Source: Amphiscolops sp. MND2022
Taxonomy: Eukaryota
DNA: 64,000 nucleotides
Reading direction: 5' to 3'
NCBI GenBank assembly: GCA_964187785.1
Contig: OZ076409.1
Coordinates: forward strand, 75,208,001 to 75,272,000
Shown one piece after another: positions 24,684 to 36,600 of the stretch. Both the position numbers and the translations under genes were made by a program. The notes below the pieces were generated by a model. It was given only the letters and a program-made list of their open reading frames with translations. It was not told the DNA's origin and searched no databases. Each line of letters opens with the position of its first letter. Positions within the stretch are counted from its first letter, which is position 1.

Positions 24684-25883
24684 GTGGCCGGAAATTTTTT
24701 TTTCATCAAAATCTTTGCCATTGGGGGAGGGGCCCCGGATGGCCAGTAGTACGGGATAGCTTCCTACCAAATCCAGGCGGAAAAAACGTGATTTTGGAAA
24801 CTAGCCGTCAGAATTTGCTCAAATTTTGCATACGGCTTCCTATAACAATCCTAAGAACTAATCCCTACTGGCATTTTGCCCAAAAAGCGCAAAAAGTTGG
24901 TCAAAATCTTAGTTTTTTGGTCAAAAAATGGCAATTTTTCGAAAAAATTTTTTTTCAGAGACAATTACTCGTAACTGGTTCACCCAGCGCAAAAACGCCT
25001 AGCTGATTTATTGTTGGGGACTTCATGAGGAGTGCGTATACAAATTTTCGTCCAGATCGGAGAAAAAATGACTAAGTATTAGCCGGAATTCGGACGCATT
25101 TTTTCGCAAATTTTTGAAAACCTAGTCTATCTCTGCCGTTTTTTGCCCAGATTTTTTTCCAGGTCCTCTCCTAAAGGCCTCCCCTGGCCGGTTTACTTCC
25201 CAGAAAAACCATTTGGCCCTAAATACGGAGTTTCAGCGTTCTAGCATTCCCGGGCGAAAAGATGTGGGAGTTAGAAAAAATTCAAAATTTTTCAAAAAAC
25301 TTTTTTTTCGTTTCCCGGCCCCCCAATGAAGGGGAACGACCCCCCAACGAGGATTTTTGGTGAATTCACGTGGAAAGGCCTTGTTTTGTGGAGAAAATTG
25401 CCGTTTAGTGCGACTTTTTATCTTAACTTGACGTTGACCTCTGTCGTTTTGAATTTGATATTAGTATGTGTTGAGCATGTGAAAAGTTGATGATTTCAGT
25501 TGTTCTCTCGTGTTCAAGCCATTGAGATACAAGCGGTAGTGATCAAAATGTGATTTATCGCAATTTGGTGGTGCTTTTGGTGTATTTTGATTCTTTTAAA
25601 TAAAAAGTTGTTCTTTATATATTTGGTGTATTGATTCAAATGAACAAGAAACAGTTGAGTACATTTCATCTCCCCCCTTGTGGGGGAGATGAGGATGTAC
25701 CCGCTAAATGACACGCACAATGGCCCAATTTTATTTTTATGCGACGTTTTCTAGGCTTTTGCGCAAGCCCACTAATATTTAGACTGGTTTCCTTTTCTTT
25801 TACTCCAAAATTTTCCGTACTAACCACCTTACGCACCACCAGCTCAACGTAACATCTGTAACGTCAACGCCACATACTCGCAT

Positions 25884-25930
25884 CAACGCCCACCGTCCGT
25901 GGGCATGCCGAGGCATGCCCTTCGACGACG
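25884..25930 (+). repeat. 47-bp conserved terminal core (representative copy) with 20-bp palindrome
   Basis: CAACGCCCMCCGTCCGTGGGCATGCCGAGGCATGCCCTTCGACGACG. The 33 copies start at 2614, 5685, 13007, 15193, 17378, 18650, 25884, 27153, 28449, 29735, 31035, 32322, 33604, 35790, 37963, 40138, 41430, 42741, 44007, 45276, 46568, 47838, 49131, 50416, 51695, 53012, 54300, 55571, 56844, 58132, 59396, 60677 and 62648. Confidence 0.97.
25901..25920. promoter_or_regulatory. Match to the p53-family response element (RRRCWWGYYY x2, zero spacer); representative copy
   Basis: GGGCATGCCG-AGGCATGCCC matches 19 of 20 consensus positions. Function is not shown. Confidence 0.35.
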
Positions 25931-28900
25931 TATGCCAAATAGCGCCACAGGGCGCAAACTTGTCCGCTAGGTGGCCGGGAATTTTTTTTTCAGCAAAATC
26001 TTTGCCGCTGGGGGAGGGGCCCCGGGCGGCTGTTAACCGGAATTCATACTATGCAAAACCTATCACAATTCTCAGATCTCAGGATCCAGCCTGTAGGATT
26101 CGCTCAAATTTGGCACAGAGCCTCCTTGAATGATTATAAGAACTTTTTCCTAGTGGCGTTTTTCGATTGAAATATTTTATGTTGACCAAAATTGCGTTTA
26201 AAATGCCCATTGTTGCGTTTTTATTGTCTTTTTCGAATTTGACGGTCCATAACTTTTTTTGAGGTGCTCGGAGCAGGTCGCACGTGGAGAGCAATATTAC
26301 TCAGCACTAAAAGGGGAGTGCGTGAACAAAATTTCGTCCAAATCGGATGAAAATTGGATGAGTAATAGCCGGAAATTTGGCGCATTTTGTCGACTTTTTT
26401 CGAAAACCCAGTCTATCTCTGCCGTTTTTTGCCCAGATTTTTTCCCAGGTCCTCGCCTAAAGGCCTCCCCTGGCCGGTTTACATCCCAAAAAAGCCATTT
26501 GGCCCTTTTGCCGCAGTTTCAGCGTTCCAGCGTTTCCCGAACAAAAGATAAATGACTTAGAATTTTTTCAAAAAAAGGTTCAAAATTTTTTTTTCAAATT
26601 CAGGCCTCCCAAAGTCAAGAAACTTCCACACAACTAGTATTGCAAGTGAATGCATGTGGAAAGTGCTTGAATAGACGAGGAAAATGAGCTATTATAAAAC
26701 TCTGTAGCTTAACCTGACGTTGACTTATGACATTTTTAGTGTGAGCTTCCTATGTGCTAAAAAGTCAAAAAACGTAAGTCTCTTTGAAAACAAATCGGAA
26801 TACGTCCAGTCAACCCCAGAGCTGGTAAATTGCCGTTGTCTAGTGCAGCAACGCCATTTAGAGTCTTTTGACCCACTTTGATACCGTTTTGATACCGTCT
26901 TATTCATCCGATAGCACAAAACCGTTGCGTACATTCCATCTCCCCCTTTGTGGGGGAGATGAGAATGTACCCGCTAAATGACACGCACAATGGCGCAATT
27001 TTATTTTTATACAATGTTTTCTAGGCTGTCGCGCAAGCCCACTAATATTTAGACTGGTTTCTTTCTCTTTCACTCCAAACTTTCCCTACTAACCACCTTA
27101 CACACCATCAGCTCAACGTTACTTCTGTAACGTCAACGCCACATACTCGCATCAACGCCCACCGTCCGTGGGCATGCCGAGGCATGCCCTTCGACGACGT
27201 ATGCCCATTAGCGCCACAGGGCGCCCAATTTTTTCTAGGTGCCGGTGTCTTTTTACACAATGGGGGAAGTTGCGCGGTTGGGGAGGGTCCCTGACGCGCT
27301 TCCGTGAGATCAGGTTTTTCAACTAGTGAAATCGACAAAGAAAATTGGGATCTCGTAAACTAGCCATACGATTTGGCTGAAATTTGGCACACGTACCCCC
27401 CTCGGCACGGTGAAGATGATTCCCTACTGACGTTTTTCCCGCTAAACATTTTTTGTTGACCAAAATAACGGTTTTTGGGGTAAAATTTTCAACTTTTTTT
27501 AAATTTCATCTTATATCTCGCCACGGGTGCACGCTAGCGCTTCCAAACCTTGCTGACGAAAGTTTGCAAACTGTCTCAGGAATGCTGTGTGAAAATTTAA
27601 GCTCAATCGGACTCGAACTCGAGGAGATATAGCGTTTTTCCGGAGCGGGGGGGTTTAATTTTTCTAACGGTCCAGCTTATCTTTGCCATTTTTTCGAAAA
27701 TGCACTCGCCTAAAGGCCTCCCCTGGCCGGTTTTATTCCCAGCAAAACCATTTGGCCCTAAATACGGAGTTTCAGCGTTCCAGCATTTCCGGGCGAAAAG
27801 TTGTGGGACTTAGAACATTTCAAAAATTTTCAAAAAATTTTTTTTTCGTTATTTGGGCCCCCAAAGTGGGGGAAAAGACCCCCCAACCAGTAAATCAAGT
27901 GAATGCATGTGGAAAGGCCATGTTTAGAGGAGAAAAATGCCGTTTAGAACGTCTTTTTATCTTGACTCAACGTTGACTTATGACGTTTTGAAGGTGATGT
28001 TTGGAGGTGTAAAGCAAGTGAATAGTAAACGTTATGAGTATTTATCTGATCTGAAAGCCATTGAGATGCAATATGGTTTGCTCAAAACGTAATTCATTGC
28101 AGTTTGGCAATCAATCAACACCCTTTGTTGTCGTTTGACATACTTTTTTGTTGTTAAAATAAAAAATTTTGTGTATTTATTCATTTTTTTCTCATCAAAT
28201 AACTTGGAACAGTTGAGTACATTCCATCCCCCCCTTCCGGGGGAGATGCGAATGTACTCGCAAAAAGCACCGAACTACGGCCCTTACCTTCCCGAGCTAC
28301 GCAGTATAAGGATTACATATTGGTTCCGACATTTTCATAGAGTTAAATCTTGGTAATCTGTCTGGATATGCAGAAAAACCAGCACGTGCTTTTTTATACC
28401 AAGTTGCTCACAACGACAATTATTTTATATCAACGCCCCCATATTTATCAACGCCCCCCGTCCGTGGGCATGCCGAGGCATGCCCTTCGACGACCCGCAC
28501 CAAAATATGCGTTAGCGCGGTAGCCGCTAGGTGCCGGGATTTCTATTCGTTCGAGTATGTGGCGCGTGTGGGTAGGGCCCCTGGCGCGCTCTTGTGTTTG
28601 GGGGTTTCCTACTTCTAAATCACGTTCAGATTTCCGGGATCTCGTAAACTATCCATACGATTTGGCTGAAATTTGGCACACGTACCCCCCTCGGCACGGT
28701 GAAGATGACTTCCTACTGACGTTTTTCCCGCTAAACATTTTTTGTTGACCAAATTAACGGTTTTTGGTGGAAAATTTTTGATTTTTTTTAAATTTTATCT
28801 TATATCTCGCCACGGGTCCACGCTAGCGCTTCCAAACCCTGCTGACGAAACCTCGCAAACTGTCTCAGGAATGCTGTGTGAAATTTTCAGCTCAATCGGA

Positions 28901-31900
28901 CTTAAACTCGGGGAGATATAGCGTTTTTCCGGAGCGGGGGGGTTTCATTTTTCTAACGGTCCAGCTTATCTTTGCCATTTTTTCGAAAATGCACTCGCCT
29001 AAAGGCCTCCCCTGGCCGGTTTTACTCCCAAAAAAACCATTTGGCCCTAAATACGGAGTTTCAGCGTTCTAGCATTCCGGGGCGAAAAGTTGTGGTACTT
29101 AGTAAATTTCAAAAATTTTCAAAAATTTTTTTTTCGTTCTTTGGGACCCCAAAGTGGGGAAAAGACCCCCCAACCAGTAATTTGAGTGAATTCATGTGGA
29201 AAGGCCATGTTTAGCGGCGAAAAATGCTTTTTAGATCGTCTTTTTATTTTAACCTGTTGTTGACTTATGTTGTTTTGAAGGTGATGTTTGGATGTGTGAA
29301 GCATGTGAAAAGGTAATTTTTTGTGTCTTTATCTCTTCTAAAAGCCATTGAGATGCAATCTGTTTTGCTCAAAACGTAATTCAATGCAATTTGGCAGTCA
29401 ATGAACACAATTTGGTGTCTTTTGTTATATTTTTCTGTTGATATAATAAAAAATTTTGTGTCTTTATTAATTTTTTTTAAATAAAATAACTTGAAACAGT
29501 TGAGTACATTCCATCCCCCCTTCCGGGGGAGATGGAAATGTACTCGCTAAAAGCCGCGAACAAGAGCCCATACCTTCCTGCGCTACGCAGTATAAAGATT
29601 GCATGTTGGTTCCGACTTTTTGGTAGTGTTATATCTTGGTAATTTGACTGAATATGGAGAAAAATCAGCAAGTGCTCTTTTATAGCAAATTGCTGACAAC
29701 GACAATTTTTTTATATCAACGCCCCCATATTTATCAACGCCCCCCGTCCGTGGGCATGCCGAGGCATGCCCTTCGACGACGTATACCAAAATATGCGTTA
29801 GCGCGGTAGCCGCTAGGTGCCCGGATTTCTATTCATTAAAGTATGTTGCGCGTGTGGGTAGGGCCCCGTGGCGCGCTCTTGTGTCCCTGTTTTAAAATCT
29901 GCAATTTCCGGCTGCTTTCGGAGCGATTTTCTAAACTATCCATACGATTCGGCTGAAATTTGGCATGTGAGTTCCTATGACAGTTCTAAGAATCATTTCC
30001 TACTGGCGTTTTGCCCGGAAAATTTTTTTTGTTGACTTATAACGGTTTTTTTGGCCAAAAAATGCGATTTTTTCAAAAAAAATTTTTTTCGGAGCCCATA
30101 TCTTTTTTCAGGGTGCCCGGAGCGGGACGCGTTAAACTGATTATAAACTCTACGGTTCATGGGCTTTACGGAGAACCTAGGCTCGTTTCGATCGGACAAA
30201 TAGTCTTGGAGATATAACGGCATTTTTTGGGAATTTTTTGGAAAGTTTTCTAACGGTCCAGCTTATCTTTGCCATTTTTTCGCAAATGTACTCGCCTAAA
30301 GGCCTCCCCTGGCCGGTTTTAATCCCAGCAAAACCATTTGGCCCTAAATACGGAGTTTCAGCGTTCCAGCATTTCCGGGCGAAAAGTTGTGGGACTTAGA
30401 AAAATTTCAAAAATTTTCAAAAATTTTTTTTCCGTTTTCCGCCCTCCCCCCCGAGGGGAAAAGACCCCCCAACCAGTAATTTGAGTGAACTCATGTGGAA
30501 AGGCCATGTTTAGAGGAGAAAAATCCCGTTTAAATCGTCTTTTTATCTTTATTCAACGTTGACTTATGACGTTTTGAAGGTGATGTTTGGAGGTGTGAAG
30601 CACGTGAAAAGTAAACGTTATGAGTATTTATCTGATCTGAAAGCCATTGAGATGCAACCTGTTTTGCTCAAAACGTAATTCATATCAGTTTGGTAGTCAA
30701 TCAACACCCTTTGTTGTCATTTGACATCTTTTTTTGTTGATATAAGAAAAAATTTCGTGTATTTATTCATTTTTTTCTCATCAAATAACTTGAAACAGTT
30801 GAGTACATTCCATCCCCCCTTCACGGGGGAGATGAGAATGTACTCGCAAAAAGCCCCGAACTACGGCCCTTACCTTCCTGAGCTACGCAGTATAAAGATT
30901 GCATATTGGTTCCGACATTTTGATAGAGTTATATCTTGGTAATCTGTCTGGGTATGCAGAAAAACCAGCACGTGCTTTTTTATACCAAGTTGCTCACAAC
31001 GACATTTATTTTATATCAACGCCCCCATATTTATCAACGCCCCCCGTCCGTGGGCATGCCGAGGCATGCCCTTCGACGACGTATACCAAGATATACATCG
31101 AGCGCGTTAGCCTAGGTGCCGGGATTTCTATTCGATAAAGTATGTTGCGCGTGTGGGTAGGGTCCCTGGCGCGCTCTTGGGTATGGTGTTCACCAGCTAG
31201 GAAATAGGGGTCGATTTTTCGGGATCTCCTAAACTAGCCACACGATTTGGCTGAAATTTGGCACACGTACCCCCCTCGGCATGGTGAAGATGATTTCCTA
31301 CTGACGTTTTTCCCGCAAAATTTTTTTTGTTGTCCAAAATAACGGTTTTTGGGGGAAAATTTTGAATTTTTTTTAAATTTTATCTTATATCTCGCCACCG
31401 GTTTACGCTAGCGCTTCAAAACCCTGCTAAAGAAAGCTTGCAAACTGTCTCAGGAATGCGGTGTGAAATTTTCAGCTCAATCGGACTTAAACTCGGGGAG
31501 ATATAGCGTTTTTCCGGAGCGGGGGGGTTTCATTTTTCTAACGGTCCAGCTTATCTTTGCCATTTTTTCGAATATGCACTCGCCTAAAGGCCTCCCCTGG
31601 CCGGTTTTATTCCCAGCAAAACCATTTGGCCCTAAATACGGAGTTTCAGCGTTCCAGCATTCCCGGGCGAAAAGTTGTGGGACTTAGAAAAGTTCAAAAA
31701 TTTTCAAAAAAAATTTTTTCCGTTTTCCGCCCTCCCCCCCTAGGGGAAAAGACCCCCCAACCAGTAATTTGAGTGAATTCATGTGGAAAGGCCATGTTTA
31801 GAGGAGAAAAATGCCGTTTAGAACGTCTTTTTATCTTGGCTCAACGTTGACTTATGACGTTTTGAAGGTGATGTTTGGAGGTGTAAAGCACGTGAATAGT

Positions 31901-33690
31901 AAACGTTATGAGTATTTATCTGATCTGAAAGCCATTGAGATGAATATGGTTTGCTCAAAACGTAATTCATGGCAGTTTGGCAATCAATCAACACCCTTTG
32001 TTGTCGTTTGACATACTTTTTTGTTGTTATAATAAAAAATTTTGTGTATTTATTCATTTTTTTCTCATCAAATAACTTGAAACAGTTGAGTACATTCCAT
32101 CCCCCCCTTCCGGGGGAGATGAGAATGTACTCGCAAAAAGCACCGAACTACGGCCCTTACCTTCCCGAGCTACGCAGTATAAGGATTACATATTGGTTCC
32201 GACATTTTCATAGAGTTAAATCTTGGTAATCTGTCTGGATATGCAGAAAAACCAGCACGTGCTTTTTTATACCAAGTTGCTTACAACGACAATTATTTTA
32301 TATCAACGCCCCCATATTTATCAACGCCCCCCGTCCGTGGGCATGCCGAGGCATGCCCTTCGACGACGTATACCAAGATATACATCGAGCGCGTTAGCCT
32401 AGGTGGCCGGAAATTTTTTTTTTCATCAAAATCTTTGCCATTGGGGGAGGGGCCCCGGATGGCCAGTAGTACGGCATAGCTCCCTACGGAATCCAGGCGG
32501 AAAAAACGTGATTTTGGAAACTAGCCGTCAGAATTTGCTCAAATTTTGCATACGGCTTCCTATAACAATCCTAAGAACTAATCCCTACTGGCATTTTGCC
32601 CAAAAAACGCAAAAAGTTGGTCAAAATCTTAGTTTTTTGGTCAAAAAATGGCAATTTTTCGAAAAAAAAATTTTTCAGAGACAATTACTCGTAACTGGTT
32701 CACCCAGCGCAAAAACGCCTAGCTGATTTATTGTTGGGCACTTCATGAGGAGTGCGTATACAAATTTTCGTCCAGATCAGAAGAAAAATGACTAAGTATT
32801 AGCCGGAATTCGGACGCATTTTTTCGCAAATTTTTGAAAACCTAGTCTATCTCTGCCGTTTTTTGCCCAGATTTTTTTCCAGGTCCTCTCCTAAAGGCCT
32901 CCCCTGGCCGGTTTACTTCCCAGAAAAACCATTTGGCCCTAAATACGGAGTTTCAGCGTTCTAGCATTCCCGGGCGAAAAGATGTGGGACTTAGAAAAAA
33001 TTCAAAATTTTTCAACAAATTTTTTTTTCGTTTTCCGGCCCCCCAATGAAGGGGAACGACCCCCCAACGAGGATTTTTGGTGAATTCACGTGGAAAGGCC
33101 TTGTTTTGTGGAGAAAATTGCCGTTTAGAGCGACTTTTTATCTTAACTTGACGTTGACCTCTGTCGTTTTGAATTTGATATTAGTATGTGTTGAGCATGT
33201 GAAAAGTTGATGATTTCAGTTGTTCTCTCGTGTTCAAGCCATTGAGATACAAGCGGTAGTGATCAAAATGTGATTTATCGCAATTTGGTGGTGCTTTTGG
33301 TGTATTTTGATTCTTTTAAATAAAAAGTTGTTCTTTATATATTTGGTGTATTGATTCAAATGAACAAGAAACAGTTGAGTACATTTCATCTCCCCCCTTG
33401 TGGGGGAGATGAGGATGTACCCGCTAAATGACACGCACAATGGCCCAATTTTATTTTTATGCGACGTTCTCTAGGCTTTTGCGCAAGCCCACTAAAATTT
33501 AGACTGGTTTCCTTTTCTTTTACTCCAAAATTTTCCGTACTAACCACCTTACGCACCACCAGCTCAACGTAACATCTGTAACGTCAACGCCACACACTCT
33601 CACTAACGCCCACCGTCCGTGGGCATGCCGAGGCATGCCCTTCGACGACGTATGCCAAATAGCGCCACAGGGCGCAAACTTGTCCGCTAG

Positions 33691-36600
33691 GTGGAGGTTA
33701 TTTTATAATAATTAATGTGTTTTTTTCCGGAGTTTGTGGCTTTGGAAAAAACAAAAGGCGAGAAATTGGGCACTCCGGGCTGAACCGTAAAGGCCGATTT
33801 TATACTGTAAAAAACGCCCATTCTAACTACGATCTCGAAACCCAGCCGTACGATTTTGCTGAAAATTTGCATGCGGCTACAAAATCAGATTCTAAGAACT
33901 TTTTTCTGCTGACTTTTTTTTGGAATTTTTTTGTACGTTTCCCCCCCGCCCCCTAAAGGGGTCAATTTTCCCCAATTTTGTACTTATGAGTCATATTCTC
34001 AAAACTGGTTGATCTGAGAGCAATCCTTGTGGAGAGAACTTTTGTAGAGCGCTCTTCAGTTGACTTTTTGGAGTTTTTACTTTGGTGGTACGTTCACCCC
34101 CCACAGCGGAAATAGCGTTTTTGTAACTTCCGGTCGAGCAATTTTCCACCCAAAAATTAGAATTATGCCAGTTTAGAGCACGAAGCAGTAGTTTTAGCGT
34201 GTTCACACTCTCCTGAAGTTTTGTTGGGCGTATTGAGATAGACATGATATCAAGTGTTCAGTTCACCCCCATCACCCCCTGGACCGGAAATGAACTTTCT
34301 TTTTTCCCCTTTCTTACAGGAAGTGTCGATTTTCACCGGTAAGGAGTCCTTGTACGAGCAACTAGCAGGGCATCAAAATTGACGTACCACCTGGGGTCAA
34401 CTTAGTGAACACGTGTTGTCCAGTCATGGGTACCGCCATGACCGGAAATGGGGTCAAAACCCCCCTTTTAGTTGTTGTTTTATCAATTTGACTAGTGTTT
34501 GGTCCACATTCAAGTCGCGTAAAACAATTGAACCTGTGTGAGCATAAACTGCATGTTCACTGCGTAAACGTAACAGACACTGCCAGATACCGGAAGTAAC
34601 CCCCCGTGACCGGAAGTTGTCATTTTTGACCGGAAATGTTCCAAAAAATAGCGTAAATGCAGTTTTTCACTGCTTTTTAAGGTCAAGTAATTACTTTTTT
34701 CAATCTGCACGAGCTTGTCTTCAGGTTCGCTTTTGTTATCCGTGCACAGCGCAACAAATATACATCTGTAAAATTTTCTCTATAATATCGTCGGAGAGAG
34801 AAATAACGGGTTCTTGGGGCTTTTTTAAAAAAATAATAGTCTATATCTGTAATTTTTGTCCAAAGTTATTCAACAGTACTACCACAGGGGTTAGTCTCTG
34901 CCCAAATACATGCCTAACAAAACTATTTGTCACATTCGTCTCAGTTTGAGCGCTCCAGCTTTGCCTGGTCATAAGTTAAGTGACGTAGAAAATTTTCATT
35001 TTTTTTTCAAAAAAAATTTCTCGCCTTCAGTTCCTCCAAAGTAAAGAAACTTCCTCACAACTAGGATTGCAAGTGGATGCATGTCGCAAGCCCTATAATT
35101 GAAGCACAAAAAACCGCTTAGGACGTCTCTTCATCGTAATTTGACGTTAACGTATGGTGCTTTGAATGAGAGCTTGCTAAGGGGTCGAGAAGTCAAAGTA
35201 TGTAAATGGAACGTATGTCTCGTCGAAAAGTCATCGGAATACATGCAATGAACCCCAATTGCCCTCAATTGCAGCTGCCTAGTGCAACAACGTCTTTCAG
35301 GGACCTTTAACCTATTTTTATTTGTGTCAAAACTATTTTAAGTTCAGTTAGCAAGAAACACTTGAGTGCATTCTCATCTCTCCCCAGCGGGTGAGATGAG
35401 AATGTTCTTGCTAAAAGCCAGGTACTACGGCCCACTTTTGTTTTAATGCGACGCATTCTCTGCTTTAGCACATAGATATTTTTATTTCGCCTGATTTTCT
35501 GTATACACTCTGACTTGTTATTATGAGTTCCTCGTCAATACTTCACATATATTTACAATCATCAAACGTTATCGTCAACGCCAAATAGATTTAGGCGCCC
35601 ACCATTACGTAGGTATGTCGAGGCATACTTTTCGATTACGTATGTCAAAACGCAAACGCGATAAAAAGTGCTAAAATTCAGAAACAGTGACAAACAAATT
35701 TGACTATTTGACATATGGGAGGTTTTCATATGGAACTTACACATAGCTGACATTTCACAACATTGCAGCTGACGCCCACATACCAACATCAACGCCCACT
35801 GTCCGTGGGCATGCCGAGGCATGCCCTTCGACGACGTTTGCCAAATACCCTTTACCGACGCGCACTCTGCCGCTAGGTGGATGGTATTTTATAACAATTA
35901 AAGTGTTTTTTTCCGGAGTTTGTGGCTTTGGAAAAAACAAAAGGCGAGAAATTGGGCACTCCAGGCTGAACCTAAAAACACCCTAAAATTCGCCCGATTT
36001 TTTTACGATCTCGAAACCCAACCGTACGATTTGGCTGAAAATTTGCATGTGGCTCCTAATCAATGAGTAATGAAAAAGTGTAGAAGTGACTTTTCCTGGG
36101 AAAATTGTTTTTGTTGCACTTTTTGCGCAATTTTTGACCGATTGTTGCGTTTTTTATGTCACTTTCGACTTTTCAGGCAAAAAACTCATAGATGCTTTGA
36201 TCCTAGCGCATCCAGTGTTTCGACCAAAAAGTTGCAACATGGTCTTTTACGTACGTTGTGAAAATTTGGTAGCCATCGTATCACCCCCCACTGAGTTAGA
36301 GGGGAACTTCCGGTGGATTTTAGCACCCTAAAAACAAGGACCTCCTAAACTTCAGCATGAAGCCGTAGTTTTAGCGTGCTCATAACCTGCTGAAGTTTTG
36401 TTGGGCATGTTGAGATAGTCATGATAGCATGTGTTTAGTTCACCCCCCATCACCCCCTGGACCGGAAATGAACTTTTTGTGCACTATCATTCCGGAAGTC
36501 TCCAGTTTCACCGTTAAGCAGTCCTTGTACGAGCAACTACCAGGTCATCAAAATTGAAGTACCACCTGAGGTCAACGTAGTGACTACGTGTTGTCCAGTC

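Larger units (their letters stand above)
24684..33690 (+). mobile_element. Cassettes 11-17 (seven 1.27-1.30-kb units)
   Basis: Starts at 24684, 25971, 27239, 28531, 29817, 31116 and 32403. Each has hairpin A, the 47-bp core and CTAG|GTG. Cassette 17 is nearly identical to cassette 11. Confidence 0.65.

Noticed and set aside
31124..31146. Resemblance of ATTTCTATTCGATAAAGTATGT to the Ciona spliced-leader exon (ATTCTATTTGAATAAG) plus a splice donor
   Set aside because: The match is short and AT-rich. Sister units vary freely here (TTCCATTCGATAAGGAATTC, TTCTATTCGTTCGAGTATGT), unlike SL RNA genes.
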